Source of the DNA: Candidatus Binatus sp.
GTDB lineage: Bacteria; Desulfobacterota; Binatia; Binatales; Binataceae
DNA length: 64,000 nt
NCBI GenBank assembly: GCA_050010075.1
Contig: JBEKLS010000002.1
Coordinates: forward strand, 3,501-67,500
Direction of reading: 5' to 3'
A model generated the notes under the pieces. The model saw nothing but the letters and a program-made list of their open reading frames with translations. It searched no databases and was not told where the DNA came from. The position numbers were made by a program, and so were the translations under genes. Positions 8,401 through 16,565 of this stretch are shown in pieces; the first letter of the stretch is position 1; the number at the start of each line of letters is the position of its first letter.

Positions 8401-10128
8401 GAAGCCGGCGAACGGAGCGGGGTATTCAAGCACGCGATTGTCGGTGGCGTCGGCTACGTACAGATTGCCGGTACTGTCCACGGCCACGTCGACCGGATAG
8501 CACAGGCTGTCCGCGCCGACACCGCTGGCGCCGTCGTTGCAGTTGATCGAGAGCGCGTCGGGCTGTCCGATGACGATATCGGCGGGCTGGTCGGTGGTGA
8601 AGCCGGCCGCGTCGGCCCATCCGAGCACGCGATTGTTGTATGAATCGGCCACGTACAGATGATTGGGGATGGAGTTGAAATCGATGGCGACTCCTGAGGG
8701 CTGCTGGAGCGCCGCGGCGGTCGGATTGTTGACGCCGCTGTGAAGCAAATCCATCTCGCCGAGCACGAGGCTGGCGGGTTGCGAACCGGCGCTGTAATCC
8801 AGCACGCGATTGTTGCTGGTGTCGGCGGCAAAGACGTCGCCCGAGGCGTCCACCGTGACGCCGCCAGGCAGGCATAGGACCGAGCCGCTGGGCGGAATTT
8901 CGCTGGCCGCGGTACCGCCGCAGACGGCGGTGGTGAAGTCGCCGCCTTGACCGAAGACGGTGTCCGCCGTCACGTCACCGGCCATGCCGGGCGTGCCGGG
9001 TGAACCGCCCTCGGTAACCGGGTTCAGGTATTCGAGCAGGCGGCTGTTGCTGGTATCGGCCGCGAACAGGTTGCCCGAGCCATCGACCCAGATTCCGCCC
9101 GGGCTGCAAAGGCCGTCGGCCCCCGTCGCGGCATCGCCTCCGCCGTCGTAGCAGTTGTTGTCGCTGAAATCGTTCGGCGCCGAGCCCTGGCCGAAGACCA
9201 GGGTGGCGGTCACGTTGGGGCCCACCGTCGGTTGAGTGAATTCGAGTATCCGATTGTTGCTGGCGTCGCTGACGTACAGATCTCCCGCCGCGTCGAGCGC
9301 GACTGAGACGGGCTTGCACATCCCGTTGGCGCTTGGCGCGGGGTCGCCTTCCTGGCCGTCGTAGCAGAAGAGGTCGGTGAAGTCGGTGCCGACGGCGTCT
9401 TGGCCCAAGACCAGCTGCGCGGTGGTGGCGCTGCCGGGATTATATTGAAGCACGCGATTGTTGCCCGAGTCGGCGATGTACTCGTTTTCGTTCGAGTCCA
9501 CCGCGACGCCCTGCGGCTGGCAGAGACCCGTCGTCCCGGTCGCGCATCCGCGCGTGGTGTAGCTGCCTTGTCCGAAGACGATAATCGCCGCGAAGCCGGT
9601 AGTCATTGACTGTTCGAACGGCTGGGCGTAGAGGAGCACGCGACTGTTCTGGGTGTCCGCCACGAAGAGATTGCCAAAGCTGTCCACCGCGATTCCGACC
9701 GGGAAGCATAAGCTGTCGGGGCCGAGGCCCATGGCGTCACCGTCGGCGGTGCCACTGTTGCATTGGGTGGTTTGAAAATCGGGTTGGCCGATGACGATGT
9801 CAGCCGGCTGGCCGTCGGTAAAGCTGGTGGCGTTGTTCCATCCAAGCACGCGGCTGTTGTTGGTATCGACCACGTACAGATGGTTCGGCGTGCTGTTCAG
9901 GTCGACAGCCATCTGGCTGGGCCCGCTGAGACTCGACGCGTTGGTGTTGTTCAGCCCGTTGTGGGTGAGGTCCATCTCGCCGAGCACGTTGTCGGCAATA
10001 TTGTCGCCGCTGATCATCGTCATCGAGGCCATGACCAAGACGGCGACCACGGCGATGAGCGTATTGATGGTGAACCGAAGCCTGAAGATAGTTCGCGGCG
10101 ATTTTGGCGCGGTCGGGTGCTTGTCCAT
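5458..10128 (-). CDS. giant secreted/anchored NHL-repeat protein with Thr/Ala-rich linker and choice-of-anchor-D-like C-terminal domain
   Basis: 1556 aa. N-terminal hydrophobic anchor LIAVVAVLVMASMTMI. Twelve NHL-type blades marked by D-x-x-N-[NS]-R-[VIL]-L-x-[YWF] (DTNNSRVLGW, DTQNSRVLLY, DSGNNRVLQY, DASNNRILEF, DTSNSRLLEY, DTSNNRVLDY, DSYNNRVLGW, DATDNRVLEY, DTHNSRILEF, DSENNRVLAY, DQANNRVLEY, DENNNRVLLY). About 595 aa of T/A/P/D low-complexity sequence. The C-terminus is MDFGKVNFAKGKTSG...CGATIAPNASCTITVRFTPTDFGQRNGSLTV...LVGQG. Confidence 0.9.
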   Translation of the reverse strand: MDKHPTAPKSPRTIFRLRFTINTLIAVVAVLVMASMTMISGDNIADNVLGEMDLTHNGLNNTNASSLSGPSQMAVDLNSTPNHLYVVDTNNSRVLGWNNATSFTDGQPADIVIGQPDFQTTQCNSGTADGDAMGLGPDSLCFPVGIAVDSFGNLFVADTQNSRVLLYAQPFEQSMTTGFAAIIVFGQGSYTTRGCATGTTGLCQPQGVAVDSNENEYIADSGNNRVLQYNPGSATTAQLVLGQDAVGTDFTDLFCYDGQEGDPAPSANGMCKPVSVALDAAGDLYVSDASNNRILEFTQPTVGPNVTATLVFGQGSAPNDFSDNNCYDGGGDAATGADGLCSPGGIWVDGSGNLFAADTSNSRLLEYLNPVTEGGSPGTPGMAGDVTADTVFGQGGDFTTAVCGGTAASEIPPSGSVLCLPGGVTVDASGDVFAADTSNNRVLDYSAGSQPASLVLGEMDLLHSGVNNPTAAALQQPSGVAIDFNSIPNHLYVADSYNNRVLGWADAAGFTTDQPADIVIGQPDALSINCNDGASGVGADSLCYPVDVAVDSTGNLYVADATDNRVLEYPAPFAGFTGPPEFGESATQVWGQGGSFTSTLCNFGSDTPNGMSLCFPEGLTVDTLGDLYIADTHNSRILEFNPSDTIADMVFGQGGSYTTGDINDDNDVSADTLFYPRGLVTDSAGDLFASDSENNRVLAYFSPLAVGGAPGSGDTTADLVFGQDGTGSNFTASACGSGDAVSLCSPAGVSLDALGDLIVSDQANNRVLEYSQVIANSNVTANEVFGQGTDEQDFIDNACADSGPGNPAPSSVGLCFPGGVAMDSGGNLYAADENNNRVLLYFAPTFPTATPTATATASVTPTATATDTATATDTPTDTPTATATDTPTASATDTPTVTATETATATATQTATATDTPSATATDTATATVTPTVTATATDTATATVTQTATATATDTPSATATGTATATATVTATETPTVTATDTASATSTPTVTATDTATATATQTATATATDTPSATATQTATATPTVTATSTATGTATATATQTATASSTPTVTATDTATATPTVTATSSATDTATATATQTATATATTTPSATATATATATPTVTASATSTATDTATATATQTSTVTATPTDTATATATPTVSATATATPTVTATMTPTATGTATPTSTATATTSPTATGTPTATATATSTGSATPTGTATTTATGSATPTATSTATATPTVSATATMTPTATGTATPTSTATATTSPTATGTPTATATATSTVSATPTGTATTTATGSATPTATSTATATQTATSTASATVSETATATATGTTTATPTVTATTTATPTATATETATSTGTPTSTATATDTPTATVTATPTATSTSSATDTATATATPTATATATSSATATDTPTATATGTATPTATQTATATATPTATSTASATATATLSPTATPTASPLPAMLSLTPVRMDFGKVNFAKGKTSGAKIVTALNRSDSVTVVISSIVIAGDFSMVTDCGATIAPNASCTITVRFTPTDFGQRNGSLTVRSNAANHLATVTLVGQGAGRKKKGK
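5806..7590 (-). repeat. coding low-complexity region (Thr/Ala/Pro/Asp/Ser linker, about 595 codons)
   Basis: It translates as degenerate TATATDTP / TPTVTATxTATAT units. The opposite strand gives the spurious Val/Ala-rich ORFs (5912..6247, 6254..6757, 7418..8032). Boundaries are approximate. Confidence 0.85.
6251..6682 (-). repeat. near-perfect 216-bp (72-codon) tandem duplication inside the linker
   Basis: The string gccgtggcagtgctggtcgcggtgggagtcgcgcttccggtggcggttgtagtcgcggtgccggtcggcgtcgccga... starts at 6251 and again at 6467 (offset 216). The peptide TATGSATPTATSTATATPTVSATATMTPTATGTATPTSTATATTSPTATGTPTATATATST(G/V)SATPTGTATT occurs twice. Confidence 0.85.
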
Positions 10129-10352
10129 CTGACGCCGCGCAATCGAGCCGAACCAGCGCGAGGCGATATGGAAGCACTGTGATGTTCGCGCAAAAGCGAG
10201 TTAAGTGGGGTGACAATTTGTGCCTAAACATACTGCAAGGTGCTTACCGCGGAACGTCGCTGGGCAATTTCGCCGTGATTAGAACAAAAACGCACGGACG
10301 CGCGGTCGGGCGCTTGCCCGGCGGTTTTACCTGATCATAAAATCAGATAATC

Positions 10353-10619
10353 ATGAAATCAGAGATTTCGGCGACCGAGGCGGCGCGGCGATTTTCAGAA
10401 ATCCTCAACCGCGTGCGCTACCGCAACGAGAGTTTCGTGGTGAAGCGCGGCGGCGTGCCGGTCTGTGAAATCGTGCCAGTGCGCGGCCGCGCCTTGACCG
10501 GCCGCGGCCTGGCGCAACTACTGCGTTCGTTGCCGCGTCCCGATAAGGAGTATCTGAGCACGGTCGAAAAGCATGCTCGAAAACAACCGAAGGCCGAGAA
10601 GTCAAAGCGGCCGCGTTGA
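10353..10619 (+). CDS. type II antitoxin, Phd/YefM family
   Basis: 88 aa. MKSEISATEAARRFSEILNRVRYRNESFVVKRGGVPVCEIVP matches the Phd/YefM N-terminal fold signature (ISATEAR..FSE.L..V......V.R.G.PV..IVP). Confidence 0.85.
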   Translation: MKSEISATEAARRFSEILNRVRYRNESFVVKRGGVPVCEIVPVRGRALTGRGLAQLLRSLPRPDKEYLSTVEKHARKQPKAEKSKRPR

Positions 10620-10795
10620 TCGATTCGAGCATATTCATCGCCGCCGAGCGGCTACTTCCGCAACTACTTGGGAATACTGCGGAACAAAGTCGGCTAGAGC
10701 CTTGCCACAGGAAAGCCGTTCGGGCTATCGAGCGAGTTGGAATTGGAAAGTTAAAAGGAAATTCTCGCAAATATTGGCGGGGGCAATTTTCATGA
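10616..10795 (+). pseudogene. truncated PIN-domain (VapC-like) toxin remnant
   Basis: The TTG at 10616 overlaps the antitoxin stop (gTTGA). The translation (M)LIDSSIFIAAERLLPQLLGNTAEQSRLEPCHRKAVRAIERVGIGKLKGNSRKYWRGQFS* is 59 aa. LIDSSIFIAAER is the typical first beta-strand/acidic motif of VapC toxins that pair with Phd-type antitoxins. Intact VapC is about 130 aa and the rest of the PIN fold is missing. Below the ORF-track size cutoff. Confidence 0.45.
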
Positions 10796-10862
10796 GTCTT
10801 CCGGTGTGGGAGTTGTCAGCAATTGACCCTGCAGCCAGGACACCCCTGTTTCATCCGAGTAC

Positions 10863-11843
10863 TTGCGTCGTAGACAGATACGGGTAGGCGCGGCGGCGAT
10901 GCTTGCGACGCTGGCCATCGGCTGCATGCTGGCATCAAACGCGTCGTGCGCAGACCTGTGGTTCGCGAACTACGCCAACGACACCATCGAGTGGTTCTCG
11001 GCCAAGCAACTGAAAAAGAGCGGCACGCCCGTTCCCGGTCATTTCGGGCTCGTTCCCGGGATGATCGGTTTGGGCTTCGACTCGTCGCATAATCTGTGGG
11101 TAACGGCGGGGGGCGGCGAGGTACTAAAGTTCAAGCCTGCAGAAGTCAAAAAGATGCCAGACACCTTCAAAACCAAGGCATCCAAGACCATCACCAGCTC
11201 GACTTTCGATGACATTCTCGGTTGCGCATTCGATGGCCACGGCAATCTGTGGGTGACGGACACGGACGACGCGTTCTACGAATTGTCCAAAGCGCAGCTC
11301 AAAGCCGGGGGCTCGCTTACTCCCGCGATCGTCATCACCTCGGCCAGTCTTCATTTTCCGAATTTCATTACCTTCGACAAGTCCGGCGACGCCTGGCTCG
11401 ACAGCGCAGGCAGCGACCAGCTCATGGAGTTCGATGCCGAACACCTGACCAGCGGCGGCGAGAAATCTCCGGATGTTGTGATCTCCGACGACGGCACCGG
11501 AACCAGCCTTAATGCTCCCGGCGAAATCGCCTTCGATACGAGTGGCGATCTGTGGGTGCCGAATCTCAATGGCGGCACAGTCTCAGAGTACACGCCAACG
11601 CAACTCGCGGAGTCGGGCAACCCGGCTCCGACGGTGAAGCTTTCCGCTATGTCAGGCAGCCTTGATCGTCCCTGGAGCGCGGCTTTCGATGGCAGCAGTC
11701 TGATCGTTTACAACTTCGCCTCCGGCACGTTCTCAGAGTTTTCCGCCGATCAGTTGAAGACGAGCGGCGCGCCGGCTCCCTCGGTCTTTCTCGATGAATC
11801 GGACAGCGAAGGGTATCAGATCATCGTCGCGCCGCAGCCGTAG
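10863..11843 (+). CDS. secreted six-bladed beta-propeller-like protein (unknown function)
   Basis: 326 aa. Arg-rich n-region plus hydrophobic core MRRRQIRVGAAAMLATLAIGCMLASNASCA (TTG start; an alternative ATG is at 10899). Six ~50-aa repeats each end in a Q/H-L-x-x-[SG]-G-x-x-[ST]P motif (AKQLKKSGTPVP, PAEVKKMPDTF, KAQLKAGGSLTP, AEHLTSGGEKSP, PTQLAESGNPAP, ADQLKTSGAPAP), with NLWV/DLWV blade strands. Confidence 0.7.
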   Translation: MRRRQIRVGAAAMLATLAIGCMLASNASCADLWFANYANDTIEWFSAKQLKKSGTPVPGHFGLVPGMIGLGFDSSHNLWVTAGGGEVLKFKPAEVKKMPDTFKTKASKTITSSTFDDILGCAFDGHGNLWVTDTDDAFYELSKAQLKAGGSLTPAIVITSASLHFPNFITFDKSGDAWLDSAGSDQLMEFDAEHLTSGGEKSPDVVISDDGTGTSLNAPGEIAFDTSGDLWVPNLNGGTVSEYTPTQLAESGNPAPTVKLSAMSGSLDRPWSAAFDGSSLIVYNFASGTFSEFSADQLKTSGAPAPSVFLDESDSEGYQIIVAPQP

Positions 11844-11905
11844 GCTCAACTCCGGCACAGGTCGGTCGTTCGTTTGAACAATATGTCACCTGCACCGGAC
11901 GTCCG

Positions 11906-12796
11906 TTACTCCGCTGCACTTACCGGGATGAAGCCGATGGTTCCGTTTCTCAGCTTGACCTGCAGGTAGTTGCCGGTGATTCCGGTCACGTGAACGTACT
12001 TCTTGCGCCGCACCTGGCCGACGGTCGAGCTGGTTTCGTCGGGACTCTGGTAGACAGGCGAATTTTTCGTCAGCAGGAACAGCTTGTTGAGCGGCTTGAT
12101 CGTGGGCGCGACGGCTGCGGTCGTCGACCCCGTCACGGTCGCGGCTCCGGCGGGCGCAGCCGCCGCCGTGGTCGCGGCTGACGCGGGCAGCATCTTGGCG
12201 TCAAGCGAGCGGACCTCGTCGAATTCGGCGTTGGCTTCGGCCGCGCGGCCTGGCTCCGCCGCGAGCAGGTTCGCCAGCGCCAGGTGCGACCGCGCGTCCT
12301 TGGGATTGAGTCCGATCGCGGTGCGGATTTGATCTTCCGCCTCGGCCAGCTTGCCCTCTTGCCTGAGCACCTCGCCCAAATCGAGATGGTAGTTGTAGCG
12401 GTCGGGCTCGAGCGCGACTGCGGCACGGTACTGATTTTCGGCCAGTCCGTGCTGCCCCTGATCGCTGTAGAGATTGCCGAGCGCGACGTGGGTCGCCGCG
12501 TTCTTCGGGTCTATTTCGAGCACCTTCATGAACTCGACCTGCGCGTCGGCCGGCTTGTGTTCGAAGATGTAGAGATTGCCGAGCGCTATATGGACCCGGG
12601 GATCGCCTGGCGCCAGTTTCTCGGCCTCGCCGTACGCCGTCTCCGCATCGGCGAGCTTGGTCGCCTGCATATCGGCGTCGCCCTCGGCGAGAAAGTCGTC
12701 GGCCGACTTGCGATGGCATCCGGTGGCCAGCGCGATCATCGTGGCGGCCACGAAAATGGTTGCGATCCGGTTCGTCAAGCTTCGCTTCCAGTTCAT
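11906..12796 (-). CDS. TPR-repeat lipoprotein with C-terminal SH3b-like domain
   Basis: I start the gene at the ATG at 12796 (GGAGGA motif 11 nt upstream): MNWKRSLTNRIATIFVAATMIALATGC, with lipobox LATGC. Four or five TPR units (ALGNLYIFEHKPADAQ.., ALGNLYSDQGQHGLAE.., LDLGEVLRQEGKLAEAE.., LALANLLAAEPGR..). The C-terminus SPVYQSPDETSSTVGQVRRKKYVHVTGITGNYLQVKLRNGTIGFIP is SH3b-like. The 42-codon upstream extension to 12922 is a translation of repeat R2. Confidence 0.8.
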   Translation of the reverse strand: MNWKRSLTNRIATIFVAATMIALATGCHRKSADDFLAEGDADMQATKLADAETAYGEAEKLAPGDPRVHIALGNLYIFEHKPADAQVEFMKVLEIDPKNAATHVALGNLYSDQGQHGLAENQYRAAVALEPDRYNYHLDLGEVLRQEGKLAEAEDQIRTAIGLNPKDARSHLALANLLAAEPGRAAEANAEFDEVRSLDAKMLPASAATTAAAAPAGAATVTGSTTAAVAPTIKPLNKLFLLTKNSPVYQSPDETSSTVGQVRRKKYVHVTGITGNYLQVKLRNGTIGFIPVSAAE

Positions 12797-12869
12797 CGTT
12801 AGAGGGTTCCTCCGCAATACACTATTCACCATTGTAGCGTGTACTGCTCGTCGACGCCTCTTAATACCG

Positions 12870-12922
12870 GGTGCAGGGGTCACCCCTGCCCAGGGAAGTG
12901 TGAAACCCACGGCGGGTTTCAC
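12870..12922 (+). repeat. intergenic double-hairpin repeat, family R2, copy A
   Basis: ggtgcaggggtcacccctgcccagggaagtgtgaaacccacggcgggtttcac. It contains two perfect hairpins (GCAGGGGT/ACCCCTGC and GTGAAACCC/GGGTTTCAC). Near-identical copies are at 17828..17880 (same orientation) and 35410..35462 (inverted). Confidence 0.9.
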
Positions 12923-12994
12923 GTAAGATTAAGGGCCTTCGCCTTTCCCGATTTCCGTTGGATGGTCTCGCGGGTTAGGTTATAAAGATACGCC

Positions 12995-13639
12995 GTGCGA
13001 TTTATCCTGATTGCCGCCAAGCAGCTCGAATTCGCCAAGACCCGGCTTGCGCCGGTGCTGCCTCCGGGCGAGCGCCGTGCCCTGGCCGAGGCGATGTTTC
13101 GTGACGTGCTGGCCGCCGCGGTCGGCGCCACCGCTGCCGATCACGTGGCCGTGGTCACCTCGGATGCGGGCCTGCTCGCGATGGCGCGCGCGTCGGGTGC
13201 GCTGACTATCGATGAGGAGTTCCCGCGCGGGCTGAACGTCGCCATCGCGCTTGCCACCACCGCGCTGGCTGCCCAGGGGGCACGAACGGTATGCACGCTG
13301 CTGTCCGACATCCCGCTGACCACCGCCGAGGATGTCGACGCGGTCTTTGCTGCGATGCCCGCCGAAGGCGGCGCCGTGCTGGTCCCCTCGCGCGACTTTT
13401 CCGGCACCAACATCATATGCCGCTCGCCGGCCGACGCCGTGCCGACCCGCTTCGGGCGCATAAGCCTGGTACGCCATCTGGACGATTGCCGAAGCTCCGG
13501 CGTTCCGGCTAGAGTGCTGCGACTTGCGCGGCCTGCGCTGGATCTCGACGTCGCCGGCGACCTGGCCGAGTTCGAGCGCGCCGGATCCGCCACGCACACG
13601 CAAAACCAGTTGGCCCGTCTCGGGATTGCCCATCACTAA
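12995..13639 (+). CDS. cofC: 2-phospho-L-lactate (or PEP) guanylyltransferase, F420 biosynthesis
   Basis: 214 aa with a GTG start. MRFILIAAKQLEFAKTRLAPVLPPGERRALAEAMFRDVLAAA...LLSDIPLTTAEDVDAV...VLVPSRDFSGTN matches CofC/FbiD family signatures (I.vK....AK.RL...L....R..L..AM..DVL). Confidence 0.8.
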   Translation: MRFILIAAKQLEFAKTRLAPVLPPGERRALAEAMFRDVLAAAVGATAADHVAVVTSDAGLLAMARASGALTIDEEFPRGLNVAIALATTALAAQGARTVCTLLSDIPLTTAEDVDAVFAAMPAEGGAVLVPSRDFSGTNIICRSPADAVPTRFGRISLVRHLDDCRSSGVPARVLRLARPALDLDVAGDLAEFERAGSATHTQNQLARLGIAHH

Positions 13640-13667
13640 AAATTGAAAAACGGACTGAATGTAGATC

Positions 13668-14435
13668 GTGGAAATGATTGAGCGGCTCGGCGCGCTTGTA
13701 ATCGACGCCGTGGTCCAGCTGGGCGCGTTCGTGCTTTTTCTGCTGAGCTCGGCGGTCTACGTTTTCCTGCCGCCGTACAAGCCGCGCCTGTGGGTTCGCC
13801 AGATACGGATGATCGGCGCCGACTCGCTGTTCCTCATCATCCTGATTGGCGGCTTCACCGGGATGGTGCTCGGCCTGCAGGGTTACAACACGCTGCGGCG
13901 CTTCGGCTCCGACGGTGCACTGGGCACGGTCGTTGCCCTGGTGCTGGTGCGCGAACTCGGGCCCGTGCTGGCCGCCCTGATGATCGCGGCGCGCGCCGGC
14001 TCCGCGATGGCGGCTGAGCTCGGCTCGATGCAATCCACCGAGCAGATCGACGCGCTGACCGTCATGGCGATCAACCCGGTGCAGTACCTGGTCTCGCCGC
14101 GGATGCTGGCGGGCGTGATCAGCTTCCCGCTGCTGACCTCGGTCTTCGACGTGGTCGGAATCTACGGCGGTTACATGGTGGGCGTGGGCCTGATGGGCGC
14201 GCCGTCGGGAGCTTATTTCAACGGGATAGCCGCCAACATGAGCGGCCACGACATCATGACCGGGCTGTACAAGGCGCTGGTTTTCGGCGTGGTCGTAATG
14301 TGGGTCTGTTGCTACAAGGGATACCACGCCGAGCGGATGGCGACCGGGGTCAGCCGCGCTACCACCGAAGCGGTGGTCCTGTCGAGCGTGCTCATTCTGG
14401 CTTTCGACTATTTTCTTACGTCTATACTTTTGTAA
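13668..14435 (+). CDS. mlaE: phospholipid/toluene-tolerance ABC transporter permease MlaE
   Basis: 255 aa. Multi-TM protein with the MlaE core LVRELGPVLAALMIAARAGSAMAAELGSMQSTEQIDALTVMAINPVQYLVSPRMLA. First gene of the mlaEFDCA block. GTG start at 13668 or ATG at 13674. Confidence 0.9.
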   Translation: MEMIERLGALVIDAVVQLGAFVLFLLSSAVYVFLPPYKPRLWVRQIRMIGADSLFLIILIGGFTGMVLGLQGYNTLRRFGSDGALGTVVALVLVRELGPVLAALMIAARAGSAMAAELGSMQSTEQIDALTVMAINPVQYLVSPRMLAGVISFPLLTSVFDVVGIYGGYMVGVGLMGAPSGAYFNGIAANMSGHDIMTGLYKALVFGVVVMWVCCYKGYHAERMATGVSRATTEAVVLSSVLILAFDYFLTSILL

Positions 14436-14449
14436 TAACGCCGTAACAA

Positions 14450-15265
14450 TTGACCACCATGAGCGAAACCGAGAACAATCACAGCGACGGCAATGCGGCC
14501 GCGAACGCTATCGAAGTGCGCGATCTGCATAAGCGCTTCGGCCGCCAGCAGGTCCTCGACGGCCTGACGCTGGATTTCCCCGCCGGCAAAATCACGACCA
14601 TCGTCGGCCCCAGCGGCTCCGGCAAGACCGTCCTGCTCAAGCATCTCAACCTGCTGATGCGCCCGGATTCGGGCACGATTACCATCGACAAGGTCGAAGT
14701 GACGGCGCTCCGCGGAAGAGGACTGGACGCGGTGCGCGAAAAGTTCGGGATGCTCTTTCAGGCCGGCGCGCTGTTCGATTCGATGTCGATATTCGACAAC
14801 GTCGCGTTTCCGTTGGTCGAGAAAACCAGGCTGTCCGAGAGCGAGATTGAACAGCGCGTGCATGAAACGCTAAGAGCGGTCGGCCTCGAGGGGATGGAGA
14901 GCAAGTTTCCTTCCGAGATGAGCGGCGGGATGCAGAAACGCGCCGCCCTCGCGCGCGCATTGGTGCGCCGCCCGAAAATTCTCATGCTCGATGAGCCGAC
15001 CACCGGGCTCGATCCGTCGCGCACCGGCGCGATTCACGAACTTATCCGGCGCACGCAGGAGAATTTTCAGCTGACGGCGGTGATGGTCAGTCACGACGTG
15101 CCGGCCGTCTTCCAGGTTTCAGACCGCGTCGCCTTTCTTCATAATGGCCGGACCCGTCTCAACGGCACCGTGGCCGAGGTGATGGCGGCCGGCGACGACG
15201 TATTCCAGCGCTTCCTGGCGGGCAAAGCATCTGGCGAGGAGAATGAAACAGCCCTCGCGGGCTGA
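14450..15265 (+). CDS. mlaF: ABC transporter ATP-binding protein MlaF
   Basis: 271 aa. Walker A GPSGSGKT, ABC signature MSGGMQKRAALARAL, Walker B ILMLDEPTTGLD. Its position follows mlaE. Confidence 0.9.
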   Translation: MTTMSETENNHSDGNAAANAIEVRDLHKRFGRQQVLDGLTLDFPAGKITTIVGPSGSGKTVLLKHLNLLMRPDSGTITIDKVEVTALRGRGLDAVREKFGMLFQAGALFDSMSIFDNVAFPLVEKTRLSESEIEQRVHETLRAVGLEGMESKFPSEMSGGMQKRAALARALVRRPKILMLDEPTTGLDPSRTGAIHELIRRTQENFQLTAVMVSHDVPAVFQVSDRVAFLHNGRTRLNGTVAEVMAAGDDVFQRFLAGKASGEENETALAG

Positions 15266-15270
15266 CGATT

Positions 15271-15807
15271 ATGTACGCAAGTCGAACCACGCAGCTTATC
15301 GTCGGGATTTTCGCGATTCTCGGAATCGTCGCGCTGGCGATCCTGTCGCTGTCGCTCGGCAAGCTCAGCCTGCTGCCGACCCCCGGGTACACCCTCTACG
15401 CAAGTTTCGATAATATTTCGGGCTTGAAGGCAGGAGACCAGGTTCAGCTGGACGGCGTGCAGATCGGCAAAGTTCTACGTATCGGGCTCAAGGACATGCG
15501 CGCGCGGGTTGCGCTGCGGGTCGACGACGGCGTGCCGATCGACGCCGACGCGATAGCGGCGGTCAAGACCAGCGGCATCATCGGCGACAAGTACGTGTCG
15601 ATCGCGCTCGGCCCGAGCGATCGCATCCTGCGCGACGGCGATACGATTCGGCAGACCCAGTCGGCCTTCGTGCTCGAGGACGCTATCGGCCAATTGATAA
15701 ACAGCTCCGGCAGTTCCGACAAGGATTCAAAGTCGTCAGACTCTGACTCGAAATCCTCGAGCTCGAACTGCAACTGCTCGAACGCGCCCGCTAAATCCGC
15801 AAAGTAA
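15271..15807 (+). CDS. mlaD: MCE-domain protein MlaD
   Basis: 178 aa. N-terminal TM segment (LIVGIFAILGIVALAIL) followed by an MCE domain (YASFDNISGLKAGDQVQLDGVQIGKV...). Ser/Asp-rich C-terminal tail. Confidence 0.85.
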   Translation: MYASRTTQLIVGIFAILGIVALAILSLSLGKLSLLPTPGYTLYASFDNISGLKAGDQVQLDGVQIGKVLRIGLKDMRARVALRVDDGVPIDADAIAAVKTSGIIGDKYVSIALGPSDRILRDGDTIRQTQSAFVLEDAIGQLINSSGSSDKDSKSSDSDSKSSSSNCNCSNAPAKSAK

Positions 15808-15823
15808 GCTGCGAAAAGACAAC

Positions 15824-16492
15824 ATGGAAAATATGACAACCCGAAATTCTATGCACCAACTCCGGCGCCGGCGCGCAACCACGATGCTGGCCCTCGCCGC
15901 CGCGCTCGTCATGACCCTGGCGCCGTCGAGGTTTATTGCGCCCGCCCGGGCCGACGATCCCAGCTCGGTCGTGCGGACCACCGTCAACCAGGCGCTGAAC
16001 GTGCTCCGCGACACTTCCACGCCGCTGGCCCAGCGCCAAGACCAGCTTCGCCAGATCGTCTCGTCGACCTTCGATTTCACCGAGATGGCCAAGTCGGCGC
16101 TCGGCTACCATTGGAAGCAAATCAGCCCTGCTCAGCAGCAGGAGTTCACCACCGCCTTCGTGGCCTTCATCGAGGATTCGTACCTGAGCAAAATAAACGA
16201 CTACCGCGGTCAGCAGGTGACCTTCGGCACCGTGTCGAACGACGGGCCGCAATACGCGCAGGTCAATACCGACATCGTTCAGCCCACGGGCGACGCAATC
16301 CACGTGAACTACCGCCTGTTGCAGAGCGGCAACTCCTGGAAGATCTACGACGTGACCGTGGACGCAATCAGCATCATCGCCAACTACCGCAACCAGTTTA
16401 ATCGCGTGATGAATAACCAGGGATACGACAAGCTAATCAGCGATTTGAAAGCCAAGCAGGCCGCGCTTGCGGCAAGCCTTGCGAATCACTAA
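15824..16492 (+). CDS. mlaC: periplasmic phospholipid-binding protein MlaC (Ttg2D family)
   Basis: 222 aa. Signal peptide, then DFTEMAKSALGYHWKQISPAQQQEFTTAFVAFIEDSYLSKI... and WKIYDVTVDAISIIANYRNQF, typical of the MlaC/Tgt2 family. Confidence 0.85.
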   Translation: MENMTTRNSMHQLRRRRATTMLALAAALVMTLAPSRFIAPARADDPSSVVRTTVNQALNVLRDTSTPLAQRQDQLRQIVSSTFDFTEMAKSALGYHWKQISPAQQQEFTTAFVAFIEDSYLSKINDYRGQQVTFGTVSNDGPQYAQVNTDIVQPTGDAIHVNYRLLQSGNSWKIYDVTVDAISIIANYRNQFNRVMNNQGYDKLISDLKAKQAALAASLANH

Positions 16493-16565
16493 CTACTATA
16501 GATTCCGTGCTGCCGGACCGGTACGCTGGCTAGCGGAAATCCAAGGGGCAGCTGGGGAGATCGAA

